63,816 nt of DNA, filler included, from an uncultured Chlamydiae bacterium (GCA_937899275.1; 6 parts of 6 records of this genome joined end to end with filler, not necessarily neighbours in it), one strand, 5' to 3'. Numbered from the whole stretch's first letter, positions 19,110-29,906 are shown. Program-made: numbers and translations. Notes: generated from the letters alone by a model not told the origin.

Positions 19110-19561
19110 CAAAGAAACACCCCACTATTCAAACGAAAGATATTCCAAATATTCTTCCGCACCGCTACCCTTTTTTGCTTGTCGATAAAATTGTAGAGAT
19201 CGACTTAGAAAAAAACTTTGTCATTGGACAGAAAAATGTCAGCTTTAACGAGCCCTTTTTTCAAGGACACTTTCCCGATGCGCCGATTATGCCTGGTGTA
19301 TTGATTATCGAGGCAATGGCGCAAACAGGGGGCGTGTTAGTTCATCAAAAAGGCTACAACGAGAAAATAGCGGTTCTTTTAAACGTATACAATGCCAAGT
19401 TTCGAAAACCTGTAGTTCCAGGAGTTGTGCTGATGCTGCATGTAGAAGGCGTGCATATTAGCGCCAATGGCGGCAGGATTAAAGCCAAAGCTCTTATAGA
19501 AGGAGTTGTTGCCGTACAGGCAGAACTAAGCTTTGCCCTTGTCGCAAAGTCAGCTTTATGA
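19106..19561 (+). CDS. fabZ: 3-hydroxyacyl-ACP dehydratase
   Basis: LPHRYPFLLVDK, FQGHFP, PGVLIIEAMAQ; ATGA overlap with lpxC. Confidence 0.96.
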   Translation: MTKKHPTIQTKDIPNILPHRYPFLLVDKIVEIDLEKNFVIGQKNVSFNEPFFQGHFPDAPIMPGVLIIEAMAQTGGVLVHQKGYNEKIAVLLNVYNAKFRKPVVPGVVLMLHVEGVHISANGGRIKAKALIEGVVAVQAELSFALVAKSAL

Positions 19562-19607
19562 GAAACAGAAGGCAGTGTTGAAAACTAATAGATTATAACG
19601 GATCACC

Positions 19608-20486
19608 ATGTCACAAAATATTCATCCTCAAGCATATATCGAAGAAGGCGCGCAAATTGGGCAGAATGTCACCATCGAACCCTTTGCTGTTGTAAAACAG
19701 AACGTGATTTTACAAGATGGCGTGACCATCAAATCGCATGCCTACATCGACGGGTACACAACCATTGGAAAGAACACAACTATTTGGCCTTCAGCAAGTA
19801 TTGGTACAAAAACCCAAAACTTGAAATACCAAGGAGAAAAAACAGAGGTTCTCATCGGAGAAAACTGCGATATACGAGAATATGTCACCATCAATTCTTC
19901 TTGCGGTGAAGGATCAGAAGTTAGCATAGGAAATAACTGCTTGATCATGGCTTATTGCCATATTGCCCATAATTGTAAGTTAGGTGAGTCGGTTATTATG
20001 ACGAATAATGCGATGTTAGCAGGTTATGTAACAATTGAAGATTATGCAATTATTGGAGGTATGACTCCGATCCATCAGTATTCTAGAGTGGGTAGACATG
20101 CAATGGTAGGCGGGTTTAGCCGCGTTTCTAGTGATATTCCTCCTTACACAGTAGGTGGGGGCGTTCCTTATAAATTTGGCGGCATCAATATCATTGGTCT
20201 CAAAAGAAAAGGATTTTCTTTATATGTCCGCCAATGTTTAGCCGAAGCTTTTAAACTGACGTATAGGTCAAATTTACGATTAGCCGATGCGCTGCATGCA
20301 ATTCGAAATAATGTAGAGCCCATAGAAGAAGTGCAGCACTGGATTGAGTTTTGTCTATCTTCGAAACGGGGACTAATTGGACTGCAGGGCATTTGCAAGC
20401 AAGATCCCGAATCGCTTCCAGAAGAAGATTTAAAAGAGCTTTTTGATCAACAAAAAGAAGAGGAAGCGCAAAAGGAAACGGTGTGA
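19608..20486 (+). CDS. lpxA: UDP-GlcNAc O-acyltransferase
   Basis: Hexapeptide repeats, HIAHNC, IHQY, GINIIGLKR. Confidence 0.96.
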   Translation: MSQNIHPQAYIEEGAQIGQNVTIEPFAVVKQNVILQDGVTIKSHAYIDGYTTIGKNTTIWPSASIGTKTQNLKYQGEKTEVLIGENCDIREYVTINSSCGEGSEVSIGNNCLIMAYCHIAHNCKLGESVIMTNNAMLAGYVTIEDYAIIGGMTPIHQYSRVGRHAMVGGFSRVSSDIPPYTVGGGVPYKFGGINIIGLKRKGFSLYVRQCLAEAFKLTYRSNLRLADALHAIRNNVEPIEEVQHWIEFCLSSKRGLIGLQGICKQDPESLPEEDLKELFDQQKEEEAQKETV

Positions 20487-21416
20487 AACTCGTTTTTTTT
20501 GGCACGCCTATATTTTCTGCGCGTATTCTTGCATTTCTATCTCAGCAGAATATACCTCTACAGGCTATTGTAACGCAGCCAGATAGACCTAAAGGAAGGC
20601 GCAAGCAAATTACGCCGAGCCCTGTAAAGATCGCCGCAAAAAAACTCTATCCCGAAGTAGAGATTTTGCAGCCAGAAAATGCGCGAGATGCCCATTTTAT
20701 CCAAAAGATCCGAGATCTTGCTCCGGACTATTTTATCGTTGTAGGCTACGGGCAGATTTTATCCCAAGAGCTTCTTTCTATCCCAAACATCTTACCGGTC
20801 AATATCCATACCTCTTTTCTTCCTAAATATAGGGGGGCGGCTCCCATGCAAAGAGCGTTAATGCAAGGGGAGATAGAAACAGGTGTCACGTTAATGGAAA
20901 TGAATACCAAAATGGATGAAGGCGATATTTTACTCCAAGAGAAAGTTGCGGCGCCGCAAGAGATGACGTTTGGCATGTTGGAGTCTGCTTTAGAAAAGGT
21001 TTCTTGTGCGCTTTTAACAGCATTTTTTCAAGGGAAAATCGAGCGTAAAAAACAGGACCATACTCTTGCTACCTACGCCCCAAAAATCACTACAGAAGAA
21101 AGGCGCATTGTATGGCACGCTTCTGCAGAAAGCATCCACAACTTGATCCGCGCGCTTTCTCCTAGTCCCGGCGCTTGGGGCAGAGTGGAAATACAAGGTG
21201 AAAAAAAAACGAGAAAAGATTTTTCTTTCCAAAGTGCTGGATCCAGTAAGCTCCTTATCTCTACTTCCTGGAGAGGTGAAAATAGATAAAAAATCTTTAC
21301 AAGTCGGCTCAGGTAAAGGCGCTTTAGAAATCTTTTCTTTACAATTAGAAGGTAGAAATCAGGTGTCTGCGCCCGAGTTTTTAGCGGGCTTTGGAACTAG
21401 CCTTACTTTTTTTTGA
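20483..21416 (+). CDS. fmt: Methionyl-tRNA formyltransferase, frameshifted at the A9 run 21201-21209
   Basis: VFFGTP, TQPDRPKGR, NIHTSFLPKYRGAAP; the C-terminal domain (LQVGSGKGALEIFSLQLEGR...FLAG) lies in the next frame, ORF 21198-21416. Confidence 0.9.
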
Positions 21417-21470
21417 TGCGCTAAAAACAGGCATTTCTTAAACTTCTTCTGTAATTTTAGAGAGGTATTT

Positions 21471-22316
21471 ATGGCAGTTTCAGCGCCAACTGGTGACCCA
21501 AGCAAAAAAACCCCTACCAACACACAGTATTTGCAGCCTACTTGGAAGCAGTATAGAACGGCTATTGAAACAGCTGTAGATAAGGTGAACAAAAGCTGTC
21601 ATTCCTATACTGGAACTTTACCTTCTTTGGTCTCTCAACTTGCAAAACAAGGGATTTTTCCGGGAGCAGAGCTTTCTGAAGGCATGCGCCTTTTTTGCAG
21701 CAATTGTAAACATGCAGCAAAATACGGCCTTGTTTTTGCTGTTCCATATGACGTGATTGTTTGGTTGAATGAGTGCATTAACTCTTTCTCTGAAAAAATT
21801 TCTTTTGACAATCTCAAAAATCTAGCTGACGCTTCGTTAAAGCTTATTCGAGATGTAGCCTTTTTGACTTTGTTCTTTGTGAAGGATTTCGCTTTTGGTG
21901 TCGTAGGAATTTTTGGTGCAGTTGGAAATGCAGCCTCTTTTGCTCATGAGCTTGTCGTCTTAGACAAGGATGTAAAAGCTTATGAATCTGCTGCAGGAAA
22001 AGGTAAAAAATGGCAAGCATCTGGCCTTAACCCTGAAAGAGTGCAAAAGCAACAAGAGCGCTATAAGCTTCTTTCTATTGCAAAATCTGTTACAAGTATT
22101 GCCGGCGCAGCTCTTTCTCTTGTCGCCTTTTTCTTTGCTTGCGCTCCTTATATGCTTGCAGGCGTTCTTCTGTCTGTTACAGGTAAAGTCCTTTCTATTA
22201 GCAAAACATGTTACAAACAGACAATGGATATCACTATTTTCGATAAAGAGCGGGAAGGTGCTCCGCTCGGAAGCTATAAACCTGCTAAAACATTTATGCC
22301 GGTTGCTGTAGGCTGA
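21471..22316 (+). CDS. Hypothetical membrane protein, positional equivalent of Chlamydia CT529/Cap1
   Basis: S/T/P-rich N-terminus and hydrophobic hairpins; lies between fmt and rplC. Confidence 0.65.
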   Translation: MAVSAPTGDPSKKTPTNTQYLQPTWKQYRTAIETAVDKVNKSCHSYTGTLPSLVSQLAKQGIFPGAELSEGMRLFCSNCKHAAKYGLVFAVPYDVIVWLNECINSFSEKISFDNLKNLADASLKLIRDVAFLTLFFVKDFAFGVVGIFGAVGNAASFAHELVVLDKDVKAYESAAGKGKKWQASGLNPERVQKQQERYKLLSIAKSVTSIAGAALSLVAFFFACAPYMLAGVLLSVTGKVLSISKTCYKQTMDITIFDKEREGAPLGSYKPAKTFMPVAVG

Positions 22317-22330
22317 TTGTTAAAGGGTGT

Positions 22331-22861
22331 ATGGAGCAAAAACTCCCCTTAAGAGAGAAGTGCTTTCTTGGTGTTTTTTCTCTTTTGATATTTCTTGCTT
22401 CTGCTTATGGCGCCATTGCAAGTAAAAGCGCATCTTTTAATGCAAAAGGTGCGCTTTTTTCGTCTAAAAGCTACGTCGTTCTAGAGATCTCAGGTGAGGT
22501 AAAAAAGCCGGGTTCCTACGCATTTCCCATAGGCTCTACTTGGAGAGAGGTGTTTCACAAGGTGCGTATGAAGCGTTTTGCTGATTTGCAAAACTTTTCT
22601 TTAGAAGAGCCTTTATTGCATGCAAAAAAAGTGGTGATTCCTAAACTAGAAAAGTTAGAAATTTTTTTGGAAGGAGCGGTAAGAAATCCTGGTAAATTTT
22701 TTATTCCTACGGGAACAAAAGTGCGTCAACTCAAAAAAATGGATGTGTTTTTGCCTGATGCAGAAAAAAAAATTCTTTCACAGAGCCGTTATTTGCAAAA
22801 TGGAGAGCGTTTTTTTATCCCTTTTCAAGAAAAAAAGAAACAATCGCTTGAGATCAATTGA
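22331..22861 (+). CDS. Membrane-anchored protein with two SLBB-like (beta-grasp) domains
   Basis: N-terminal TM; ISGEVKKPGSYAFPIGS and LEGAVRNPGKFFIPTGT repeats. Confidence 0.7.
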   Translation: MEQKLPLREKCFLGVFSLLIFLASAYGAIASKSASFNAKGALFSSKSYVVLEISGEVKKPGSYAFPIGSTWREVFHKVRMKRFADLQNFSLEEPLLHAKKVVIPKLEKLEIFLEGAVRNPGKFFIPTGTKVRQLKKMDVFLPDAEKKILSQSRYLQNGERFFIPFQEKKKQSLEIN

Positions 22862-22877
22862 TCTATTGTTCTATGAT
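22848..22877 (+). promoter_or_regulatory. Candidate promoter of the ribosomal protein operon
   Basis: TTGAGA-18 bp-TATGAT about 185 bp upstream of rplC. Confidence 0.45.
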
Positions 22878-23062
22878 GTTACAACAAATGAGGGTGAATA
22901 CTCATCGGATTTATCTGTCGGATGATTCCCCCTCGAAAATGAAGCGGTTTTATTGAGAAACCGTAAATTTTTATGCCCATCATTTATGTAACTTAAACCC
23001 CTAGGGGTTTAGAAGGCATCAAAATTTTTGCTACAGAATTTTTATAAAAGCTAAGGATTTCT

Positions 23063-23707
23063 ATGTCATTAAAATTTATTGGCCGTAAGAAAGGAATGAC
23101 ACAATTTTTCGACAAAAATGGTAAGCGAATCGTTTGCACAGTTCTCGAGGCTGAGCCAAATATTGTGACGATGATCAAGTCTGAAAAGCGCGATGGGTAC
23201 AAAGCGGTACAACTGGGCTCTATTCTACTTTCAGGAACAAAAGCAAGAAACCTCAATAAACCGCAAAGAGGTTTTTTTATCGCGAAGAATATGGAGCCTA
23301 GAAAAGAATTAATTGAATCTTTGGTAGATGATGTAGATGCATTTGAAGTAGGACAAATCTTTGATGTGAATTATTTCAAAGATATCTCTTATGTTGATGT
23401 AATCGGCATTTCCAAAGGAAAAGGTTTTCAAGGGGTCATGAAGCTTCACGGCTTTAAAGGAGGCCCTGCTGCACACGGATCGGGATTTCACCGCTCTGCA
23501 GGTTCAACCGGTATGCGCTCTACTCCAGGTCGCTCTCTTCCAGGTAGCCCAAGAGCAAGTCGCATGGGTGGAAGGCAGAAAACAGTGCAAAATTTAGAAA
23601 TTGTGCATATCGATCAGGAAAAGAATTTACTGCTGGTGAAAGGGGCAGTTCCAGGTCATACTGGAAGTATTGTCTACATTTCAAAAGCGATTAAGTTAGG
23701 AGAATAG
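23063..23707 (+). CDS. rplC: 50S ribosomal protein L3
   Basis: GRKKGMTQFF, SKGKGFQGVMK, LLVKGAVPG. Confidence 0.97.
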   Translation: MSLKFIGRKKGMTQFFDKNGKRIVCTVLEAEPNIVTMIKSEKRDGYKAVQLGSILLSGTKARNLNKPQRGFFIAKNMEPRKELIESLVDDVDAFEVGQIFDVNYFKDISYVDVIGISKGKGFQGVMKLHGFKGGPAAHGSGFHRSAGSTGMRSTPGRSLPGSPRASRMGGRQKTVQNLEIVHIDQEKNLLLVKGAVPGHTGSIVYISKAIKLGE

Positions 23708-23711
23708 AACC

Positions 23712-24356
23712 GTGGCTCTCAAAAAATACGACCTTTCAGGACAAGAGACAGGCGAAGTCGAAATAGAACAAGAGCTATTAGACCATAAAGCTAGCCCTCA
23801 ACTAATCAAAGACTATATTGTGGCAATTCGGAAGAATGGACGCCAGTGGTCAGCCAAAACTAAGGGCAGATCAGAAGTCATGGGCACCAAGAAAAAGCCC
23901 CATGCGCAAAAAGGTTTGGGTAGAGCAAGGCAAGGTAGTTTTCAAGCTCCACAATATAAAGGTGGCGGCGTTGTTTTTGGTCCTAGGCCAAAATTTGATC
24001 AGCATGTGCGGATCAACCGAAAAGAAAGAAGGCTTGCTATTCGTTCTCTTTTCGCTTCTAAATGCAACGAAGGTAAAGCGCGTATATTAGATGCGTCTAC
24101 TCTGCAAGAGGCGAAGACGAAACCAGTCGCTTCATTTTTAGATGCTCTGCAGCTTGCTAGATCTCGCGTTCTTTTTGTGGGCGCATCAGAGCAAGGTGAT
24201 GGAAGCTTTTGGGTGAAAAGTACAAATAACCTGCCAAAAGCGCAGTTTATCCGCCTACAAAACATCAATGGGTACGATCTATCTTTAGCTGATGAGATTG
24301 TGATTTTAGATAGAGCTTTCGATGAATGCTTGCAATTACTAGGAAAAGAATCATGA
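23712..24356 (+). CDS. rplD: 50S ribosomal protein L4
   Basis: TKGRSEV, QKGLGRARQGS, GGGVVFGPRP; GTG start. Confidence 0.97.
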   Translation: MALKKYDLSGQETGEVEIEQELLDHKASPQLIKDYIVAIRKNGRQWSAKTKGRSEVMGTKKKPHAQKGLGRARQGSFQAPQYKGGGVVFGPRPKFDQHVRINRKERRLAIRSLFASKCNEGKARILDASTLQEAKTKPVASFLDALQLARSRVLFVGASEQGDGSFWVKSTNNLPKAQFIRLQNINGYDLSLADEIVILDRAFDECLQLLGKES

Positions 24357-24685
24357 ATAGAAAAAGTCCATACTCTATTATTAAGCACCGCTACGTTACA
24401 GAAAAAGCGAGCCTTTTAGAGGAGCTGCACACAGCAGATAGCAATCCTTCTTTGAAAAAATGTGACGCTCCTAAATACGTATTTAAAGTAGATATCACAG
24501 CGAACAAACAAGAAGTTCGAAAAGCATTGCAAACTATGTATCCAGATATTGCGGTTACATCGGTTAACACCATTACGATCCCTCGTAAAAAACGTAGAGT
24601 TCGGGGAAGATCTGGTATGAAAAGCGCGTATAAAAAAGCGATTGTTACCCTTTCTCCCGGAAATACTATTGAGGATCAAGTTTAG
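24353..24685 (+). CDS. rplW: 50S ribosomal protein L23
   Basis: YVTEKA, KYVFKVD, YKKAIVTL; ATGA overlap with rplD. Confidence 0.95.
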   Translation: MNRKSPYSIIKHRYVTEKASLLEELHTADSNPSLKKCDAPKYVFKVDITANKQEVRKALQTMYPDIAVTSVNTITIPRKKRRVRGRSGMKSAYKKAIVTLSPGNTIEDQV

Positions 24686-24703
24686 GAAATAGGAATATAA
24701 GCC

Positions 24704-25528
24704 ATGATGAAAAAACGCAAACCCACTACTCCCAGTCAAAGAAAGCTTGTTCTTCCCAAGTCATTGAAAAAGCGCCCCAGACAAAAACAGCTCACGGCGT
24801 CTAAAAATAGAATTAGTGGAAGAAATCATCAAGGCCGCATTACCTGTAGGCATCGCGGCGGTGGTCACAAGCGTTTATACCGTATTGTGGACTTTAAAAG
24901 AGATAAAGAAGAAGTGCCAGCAAAGGTAGCTTCTATTGAATATGATCCAAATCGATCAGCGCATATTGCGCTTCTCCATTATCTAGATGGAGAAAAACGC
25001 TACATCATTGCTCCTAAGGGGCTGGAAGAAGGCGCTTTTGTATCGACTACAGATAAGCCTCCATTCAAGGTGGGAACCTGCATGCGCATTAAAGCAATGC
25101 CTTTAGGTTCTGTTATTCATAATATTGAGCTGCAACCTGGAAAAGGAGCAAAGCTTGTCCGTTCTGCGGGATTGTCTGCGCAGCTTTTAGCTCGTAGCGG
25201 CGGTTACGCAACTGTGAAAATGCCTTCTGGCGAAGTGCGCTTGATTCATGAAAATTGTAGAGCTACTTTTGGCGCTGTATCCAATGCATCGCACAGCCTT
25301 CGTGTAGATGGAAAAGCAGGGCGCACTAGATGGAGAGGATTTAGACCAACTGTTCGAGGAACTGTTATGAACCCTGTCGATCACCCTCATGGTGGTGGTG
25401 AAGGAAAGAGCAAGGGAAATATCCCGCAAACTCCTTGGGGTAAGTTTACTAAAGGACAAAAAACACGTTCTAAGTCCAAAACAAATAAATGGATCGTAAA
25501 GAAACGTAAAAAGAAACATAGGAAATAG
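24704..25528 (+). CDS. rplB: 50S ribosomal protein L2
   Basis: [30 protein letters not shown]. Confidence 0.98.
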   Translation: MMKKRKPTTPSQRKLVLPKSLKKRPRQKQLTASKNRISGRNHQGRITCRHRGGGHKRLYRIVDFKRDKEEVPAKVASIEYDPNRSAHIALLHYLDGEKRYIIAPKGLEEGAFVSTTDKPPFKVGTCMRIKAMPLGSVIHNIELQPGKGAKLVRSAGLSAQLLARSGGYATVKMPSGEVRLIHENCRATFGAVSNASHSLRVDGKAGRTRWRGFRPTVRGTVMNPVDHPHGGGEGKSKGNIPQTPWGKFTKGQKTRSKSKTNKWIVKKRKKKHRK

Positions 25529-25533
25529 GCAGC

Positions 25534-25800
25534 ATGGGTAGATCGTTAAAAAAACCACCGTTTGTTGATCATCACGTTTTGAAAAAAATGAAGAAACAAA
25601 AGGAAGCGAATAGTAAAAAGCCGATCCAAACGTTTTCTAGAAGATCTACGGTGATTCCAGAAATGGTTGGTTATACTTTTGAAGTGCATAACGGCAAAAA
25701 ATTTATACCCGTCTCCATTTCAGAGAACATGGTAGGGCATAAGTTAGGAGAATTTTCTCCTACAAGGACGTTTAAAGGCCACGTAAAGAAATCAAAATAA
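25534..25800 (+). CDS. rpsS: 30S ribosomal protein S19
   Basis: [27 protein letters not shown]. Confidence 0.98.
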   Translation: MGRSLKKPPFVDHHVLKKMKKQKEANSKKPIQTFSRRSTVIPEMVGYTFEVHNGKKFIPVSISENMVGHKLGEFSPTRTFKGHVKKSK

Positions 25801-25821
25801 GATAAAGAAAAGAGATAAGCA

Positions 25822-26157
25822 ATGTCACTCATCAAAGCGAAAACAAAATATGTGCGCATTAGTCCGAGAAAAGCACGTTTAGCAGCAGGGCTTATTCGCC
25901 GGTTGTCTGTAGAAGAAGCGTTATTGCAGCTAAAAGCATCTCCTTTAAAAGGTGCGCGCCTTCTTAAAAAAACATTGGATAGCGCGGTTGCAAACGCTGA
26001 ACATAATTTTGACGCAAAAAAAGAAGCGCTCATTATCGATGAGGTCCGGGTAGATGATGGCCCTACGATGAAGCGAGCAAAGTCAAAAAATAGAGGCGGA
26101 AGAGCGCCGATATTGAAAAGGATGAGTCATTTCACAATTGTATTGAAGGCGGCGTAA
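25822..26157 (+). CDS. rplV: 50S ribosomal protein L22
   Basis: RISPRKARL, SAVANAEHN, KRMSHFTIVL. Confidence 0.97.
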   Translation: MSLIKAKTKYVRISPRKARLAAGLIRRLSVEEALLQLKASPLKGARLLKKTLDSAVANAEHNFDAKKEALIIDEVRVDDGPTMKRAKSKNRGGRAPILKRMSHFTIVLKAA

Positions 26158-26160
26158 AGT

Positions 26161-26808
26161 ATGGGACAAAAAACATCACCAATTGGTTTTCGTCTATCTA
26201 GAAGAAAAAAATGGGTTTCTAACTGGTATGCAAACAAGCAAGATTTTGGAGACCTTCTAGAAGAAGATCGGATTATTCGAGAGTATCTTTTAAAAAAATC
26301 TATCTGCGTAGGCACCTCAAAAATCATCATTAAAAGGATGAGTGGGAAAATCGAGGTGACGATACGTACAGCAAGACCAGGTCTTGTTATTGGTAAAAAA
26401 GGTGCAGAAATTGAAAGTTTGAAAAAAGAGCTAAAGCACCTCACCAGACAAGATGTATGGGTCGAAGTAGAAGAAATTAAGCGTCCCGATTTAGACGCAA
26501 CTCTTGTAGCAGGCGGCATTGCGCGGCAATTAGAGCGTAGAGTTCCCTTTAGAAGGATCTTGAAAAAGTCGCTTCAAACGACAATGGATGCGGGCGCAGT
26601 AGGCATAAAAGTAGCAATCAGTGGCCGAGTAGGAGGCGCTGAAATCGCACGGACTGAAGGTTATAAGGATGGAAAAATCCCCCTTCATACGCTAAGAGCA
26701 GATATCGATTATGGTGTTGCAACAGCGCGAACCCAATATGGATCTATCGGCGTAAAAGTGTGGATCAATCGAGGTGAAGATATTCTTCAAAAGAGTATAG
26801 GAGGTTAA
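26161..26808 (+). CDS. rpsC: 30S ribosomal protein S3
   Basis: [33 protein letters not shown]. Confidence 0.98.
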   Translation: MGQKTSPIGFRLSRRKKWVSNWYANKQDFGDLLEEDRIIREYLLKKSICVGTSKIIIKRMSGKIEVTIRTARPGLVIGKKGAEIESLKKELKHLTRQDVWVEVEEIKRPDLDATLVAGGIARQLERRVPFRRILKKSLQTTMDAGAVGIKVAISGRVGGAEIARTEGYKDGKIPLHTLRADIDYGVATARTQYGSIGVKVWINRGEDILQKSIGG

Positions 26809-26810
26809 TC

Positions 26811-27230
26811 TTGGCGCTTCAACCACGAAAAACAAAGTACCGAAAGCGGCAAAAAGGCAGTTTTCGAGGATTAGCTAAAGCGGGATATTTACTAAGCTTT
26901 GGTGATTTTGGAATGCAAGTTCTAGAAAGAGGATGGATTACAGGCCGTCAAATAGAGGCGTGTAGAGTAGCGATTAACCGAGCTTTTGCCCGAAAAGGAA
27001 AAGTGTGGATCCGTTTTTTTCCCGACAAACCTGTCAGTAAAAAACCGGCTGAAACCCGTATGGGTAAAGGAAAAGGCGCAGTTGATCATTGGGTAGCTGT
27101 TGTTCGTCCTGGTTTGATTTTATTCGAAGTGGGCAATGTGACAAGAGAAGAAGCGCAAAGAGCTCTTCGCCTTGCTGCTGCTAAGTTGCCTTTGAAAACA
27201 AAATTTGTCGATCGAGTTGAGGTTGTGTAA
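26811..27230 (+). CDS. rplP: 50S ribosomal protein L16
   Basis: [22 protein letters not shown] start. Confidence 0.97.
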   Translation: MALQPRKTKYRKRQKGSFRGLAKAGYLLSFGDFGMQVLERGWITGRQIEACRVAINRAFARKGKVWIRFFPDKPVSKKPAETRMGKGKGAVDHWVAVVRPGLILFEVGNVTREEAQRALRLAAAKLPLKTKFVDRVEVV

Positions 27231-27410
27231 ATGAATTTACGAGAAAAAACAGAAGATGAGCTTATCTCCCTCTATACCGAATTAGATAAAGAGATTTTTG
27301 CACTGAGAAACGAGCTAAAAGTAGCTCGCAAATTAGAGAAGCCGCATTTGTTACGAGAAAAGAAAAAAACAAAAGCGAGAATTTTGACCATTTTAGGAGA
27401 AAAGAAATGA
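27231..27410 (+). CDS. rpmC: 50S ribosomal protein L29 (59 aa, missing from ORF track)
   Basis: MNLREKTEDEL...IFALR...LEKPHLLREKKKTKARILT; canonical position. Confidence 0.93.
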   Translation: MNLREKTEDELISLYTELDKEIFALRNELKVARKLEKPHLLREKKKTKARILTILGEKK

Positions 27411-27679
27411 ATCAAAGAAACCAAAGAAAAACTCTGAAAGGAGAGATCATTTCGACGAAAATGACCAAAACTGCGGTGGTTAAAGTGGTTCGTAAAATGC
27501 GTCATCCGCGGTATCAGAAGCTAGTAGAAACATGGAAAAAATATTACGCTCACATTGAATCTGGAGAGTATGCAGAAGGAGATCAAGTCATCATTCAAGA
27601 AACGAGACCTCTTTCTAAGCTTAAAAGATGGCGAGTAGTTGGTAAAAGCGGCGCCTCCGCAAAGGTAGAGATGGCATGA
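27407..27679 (+). CDS. rpsQ: 30S ribosomal protein S17
   Basis: [25 protein letters not shown]. Confidence 0.97.
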   Translation: MNQRNQRKTLKGEIISTKMTKTAVVKVVRKMRHPRYQKLVETWKKYYAHIESGEYAEGDQVIIQETRPLSKLKRWRVVGKSGASAKVEMA

Positions 27680-28047
27680 TTCAAGAAGAAACGGAACTAG
27701 ACGTAGCGGATAACACAGGCGCGAAAAAGGTCAAATGTTTCCGAGTCCTTGGAGGGTCTAAAAGACGCTATGCGGGAGTAGGCGACATTGTAGTGGCTTC
27801 AGTAAAAGAGGTTTCCCCCCAAGCAAGTACAGTAAAGAAAAAAGATGTTGTGAAAGTAGTTATTGTGAGAACAAAAAACTCCATCGTCCGAGATGACGGC
27901 TCTGAGATTATGTTTGGCGACAATAGCTGTGTGAGCATCGATGATAAGAAAAACCCCAAAGGGAGCAGGGTCTTTGGCTCTGTTGCAAGAGAAGTGCGAG
28001 ATAGAGGCTTTGTTAAAATCGCTTCTTTAGCGCCGGAGGTAGTGTAA
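27676..28047 (+). CDS. rplN: 50S ribosomal protein L14
   Basis: [17 protein letters not shown]. Confidence 0.98.
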   Translation: MIQEETELDVADNTGAKKVKCFRVLGGSKRRYAGVGDIVVASVKEVSPQASTVKKKDVVKVVIVRTKNSIVRDDGSEIMFGDNSCVSIDDKKNPKGSRVFGSVAREVRDRGFVKIASLAPEVV

Positions 28048-28050
28048 CAT

Positions 28051-28389
28051 ATGAGTAAATGGATTCGGATAGGCGATACGGTTGTTGTTATTGCAGGTAA
28101 TGACAAAGGCAAAAAAGGCAAAGTCTTAAGACTTGGCAAAACCAAAGTTGTCGTACAGGGTGTAAACATTCGTGCAAAGCATATGAAAGCTGAAAGCGAA
28201 CAAAAAGGCGCTCAAATTATAAGAACAGAAATGCCCATTCATATCTCAAATGTGATGTTAGCACCTGCGGGAAACCCTGTTAAAGTGCGAGTAAAAATCG
28301 ATGAGAAAACGAAGGAAAAGCTCTTAGTTTACCGAGAAAACGGCAACGAGGTTCTTCATCGAAAAGTAAAAAAACATGTAGTAGGATAA
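28051..28389 (+). CDS. rplX: 50S ribosomal protein L24
   Basis: [23 protein letters not shown]. Confidence 0.97.
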   Translation: MSKWIRIGDTVVVIAGNDKGKKGKVLRLGKTKVVVQGVNIRAKHMKAESEQKGAQIIRTEMPIHISNVMLAPAGNPVKVRVKIDEKTKEKLLVYRENGNEVLHRKVKKHVVG

Positions 28390-28396
28390 TAAGACC

Positions 28397-28933
28397 ATGT
28401 CTCAATTACGCGAGAAATACGTAAAAACCATTAGACCCGAGTTACAAGAAAAACGCTCTTACGCAAACGTGATGCAAGTGCCTGTTCTCAAGAAAATTGT
28501 CATTAGCATGGGCGTTGCAGCTGCTCTTCAAGACAAAAAAATACTTGAAGATCTCGAAAAAGAGCTTGCTTTGATCGCAGGTCAAAAACCTGTCATCACA
28601 AAAGCAAAAAAAGCGATTTCGAATTTTAAACTAAGACAGGGTAATCCTATCGGTCTTATGGTGACTCTTCGCGGGAAAAAGATGTACGACTTTTTCAGCA
28701 GGTTTTGCCATGTTGTCTCTCCAAGGATTCCTGATTTTCGCGGATTCCAAAAGAAGGGTGACGGTCAAGGCAATTACAGCCTAGGGCTGCAAAATCAGCA
28801 GATTTATCCTGAATTGAACTTAGATGAGGTAAAGCGCGCTCAGGGAATGAATATCTCTTTTGTAACCTCTGCGCATACCAATGAAGAATGTGTAGTATTA
28901 CTGGAAAGCATGGGCTTTCCTTTCAAAAAGTAG
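28397..28933 (+). CDS. rplE: 50S ribosomal protein L5
   Basis: [27 protein letters not shown]. Confidence 0.98.
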   Translation: MSQLREKYVKTIRPELQEKRSYANVMQVPVLKKIVISMGVAAALQDKKILEDLEKELALIAGQKPVITKAKKAISNFKLRQGNPIGLMVTLRGKKMYDFFSRFCHVVSPRIPDFRGFQKKGDGQGNYSLGLQNQQIYPELNLDEVKRAQGMNISFVTSAHTNEECVVLLESMGFPFKK

Positions 28934-28951
28934 AAAGAGGAATGTGTATTT

Positions 28952-29341
28952 ATGTCGTTTAACGATCCCATTGCAGAAACTTTAACTAAAATTCGGAATG
29001 CTGCTAAAGCAAAGCATCGTTTTGTCGACATGCTTTTGAGTAAAGCGCGCCTGCAAGTACTAGAAATTTTGAAACAACAGGGCTTTATCGAAAACTTTTT
29101 GGTCGACCGATCAAAGCATAGAATGCGTGTATTTTTAAAATACCGCGCAAGAAAACCTGTCATTCAAGGATTAAAAAGAGTTTCTAAGCCTAGCTTGCGC
29201 AAGTATGTGAGCTGGACCAACATTCCAAAGGTATTGAACGGAATTGGCATCGCGATTCTATCCACTTCACAAGGTGTAATGGATGGAGAACAAGCGAGAA
29301 GGAAAAAAGTAGGCGGCGAAGTCTGGTGCTTTGTCTGGTAA
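28952..29341 (+). CDS. rpsH: 30S ribosomal protein S8
   Basis: DPIAETLTKIRNA, RVSKPSLR, LSTSQG. Confidence 0.97.
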   Translation: MSFNDPIAETLTKIRNAAKAKHRFVDMLLSKARLQVLEILKQQGFIENFLVDRSKHRMRVFLKYRARKPVIQGLKRVSKPSLRKYVSWTNIPKVLNGIGIAILSTSQGVMDGEQARRKKVGGEVWCFVW

Positions 29342-29358
29342 CGAAGGAATAAAGAAAC

Positions 29359-29895
29359 ATGTCTAGATTAGGAAAAACCCCCATCAAAAAGCCTAGCGGC
29401 GTTACGTTAAAAGTAGAAAAAGGGATAGTTGAAGTAAAAGGCCCTAAAGGTGTTTTGACACAAACTCTTCTAGATGGGATCTCTATAGACGATACAGATA
29501 ACCTTGTAAGCGTATCGCTATTAGAAAAACCGGCAGTTCATAAAAAGTTTCATGGTTTATACCGCGCTCTTTTGAACAACATGATCATCGGGGTCTCTGA
29601 AGGGTTTTCCAAACGCCTAGTTTTAATCGGCGTTGGATTTCGAGCGGAGCTGCAGGGCACAAAACTAAAGTTGCAACTTGGATTTTCTAATCCGATTATT
29701 GTAGATATTCCTGAGGGAATTAAAGTGGAAATTTCAAAACCCACAGAACTTGCTATCACAGGTATTGATAAACAACGAGTAGGACAATTTGCTGCAACGA
29801 TTCGTAAATTTCGTCCACCTGAGCCTTACAAAGGAAAAGGCGTTAGATATCCTGACGAATATGTGCGTAGAAAAGCTGGAAAAGGTGCAAAATAA
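29359..29895 (+). CDS. rplF: 50S ribosomal protein L6
   Basis: MSRLGK, RPPEPYKGKG. Confidence 0.98.
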   Translation: MSRLGKTPIKKPSGVTLKVEKGIVEVKGPKGVLTQTLLDGISIDDTDNLVSVSLLEKPAVHKKFHGLYRALLNNMIIGVSEGFSKRLVLIGVGFRAELQGTKLKLQLGFSNPIIVDIPEGIKVEISKPTELAITGIDKQRVGQFAATIRKFRPPEPYKGKGVRYPDEYVRRKAGKGAK

Positions 29896-29906
29896 ATAGG
29901 TAATCC

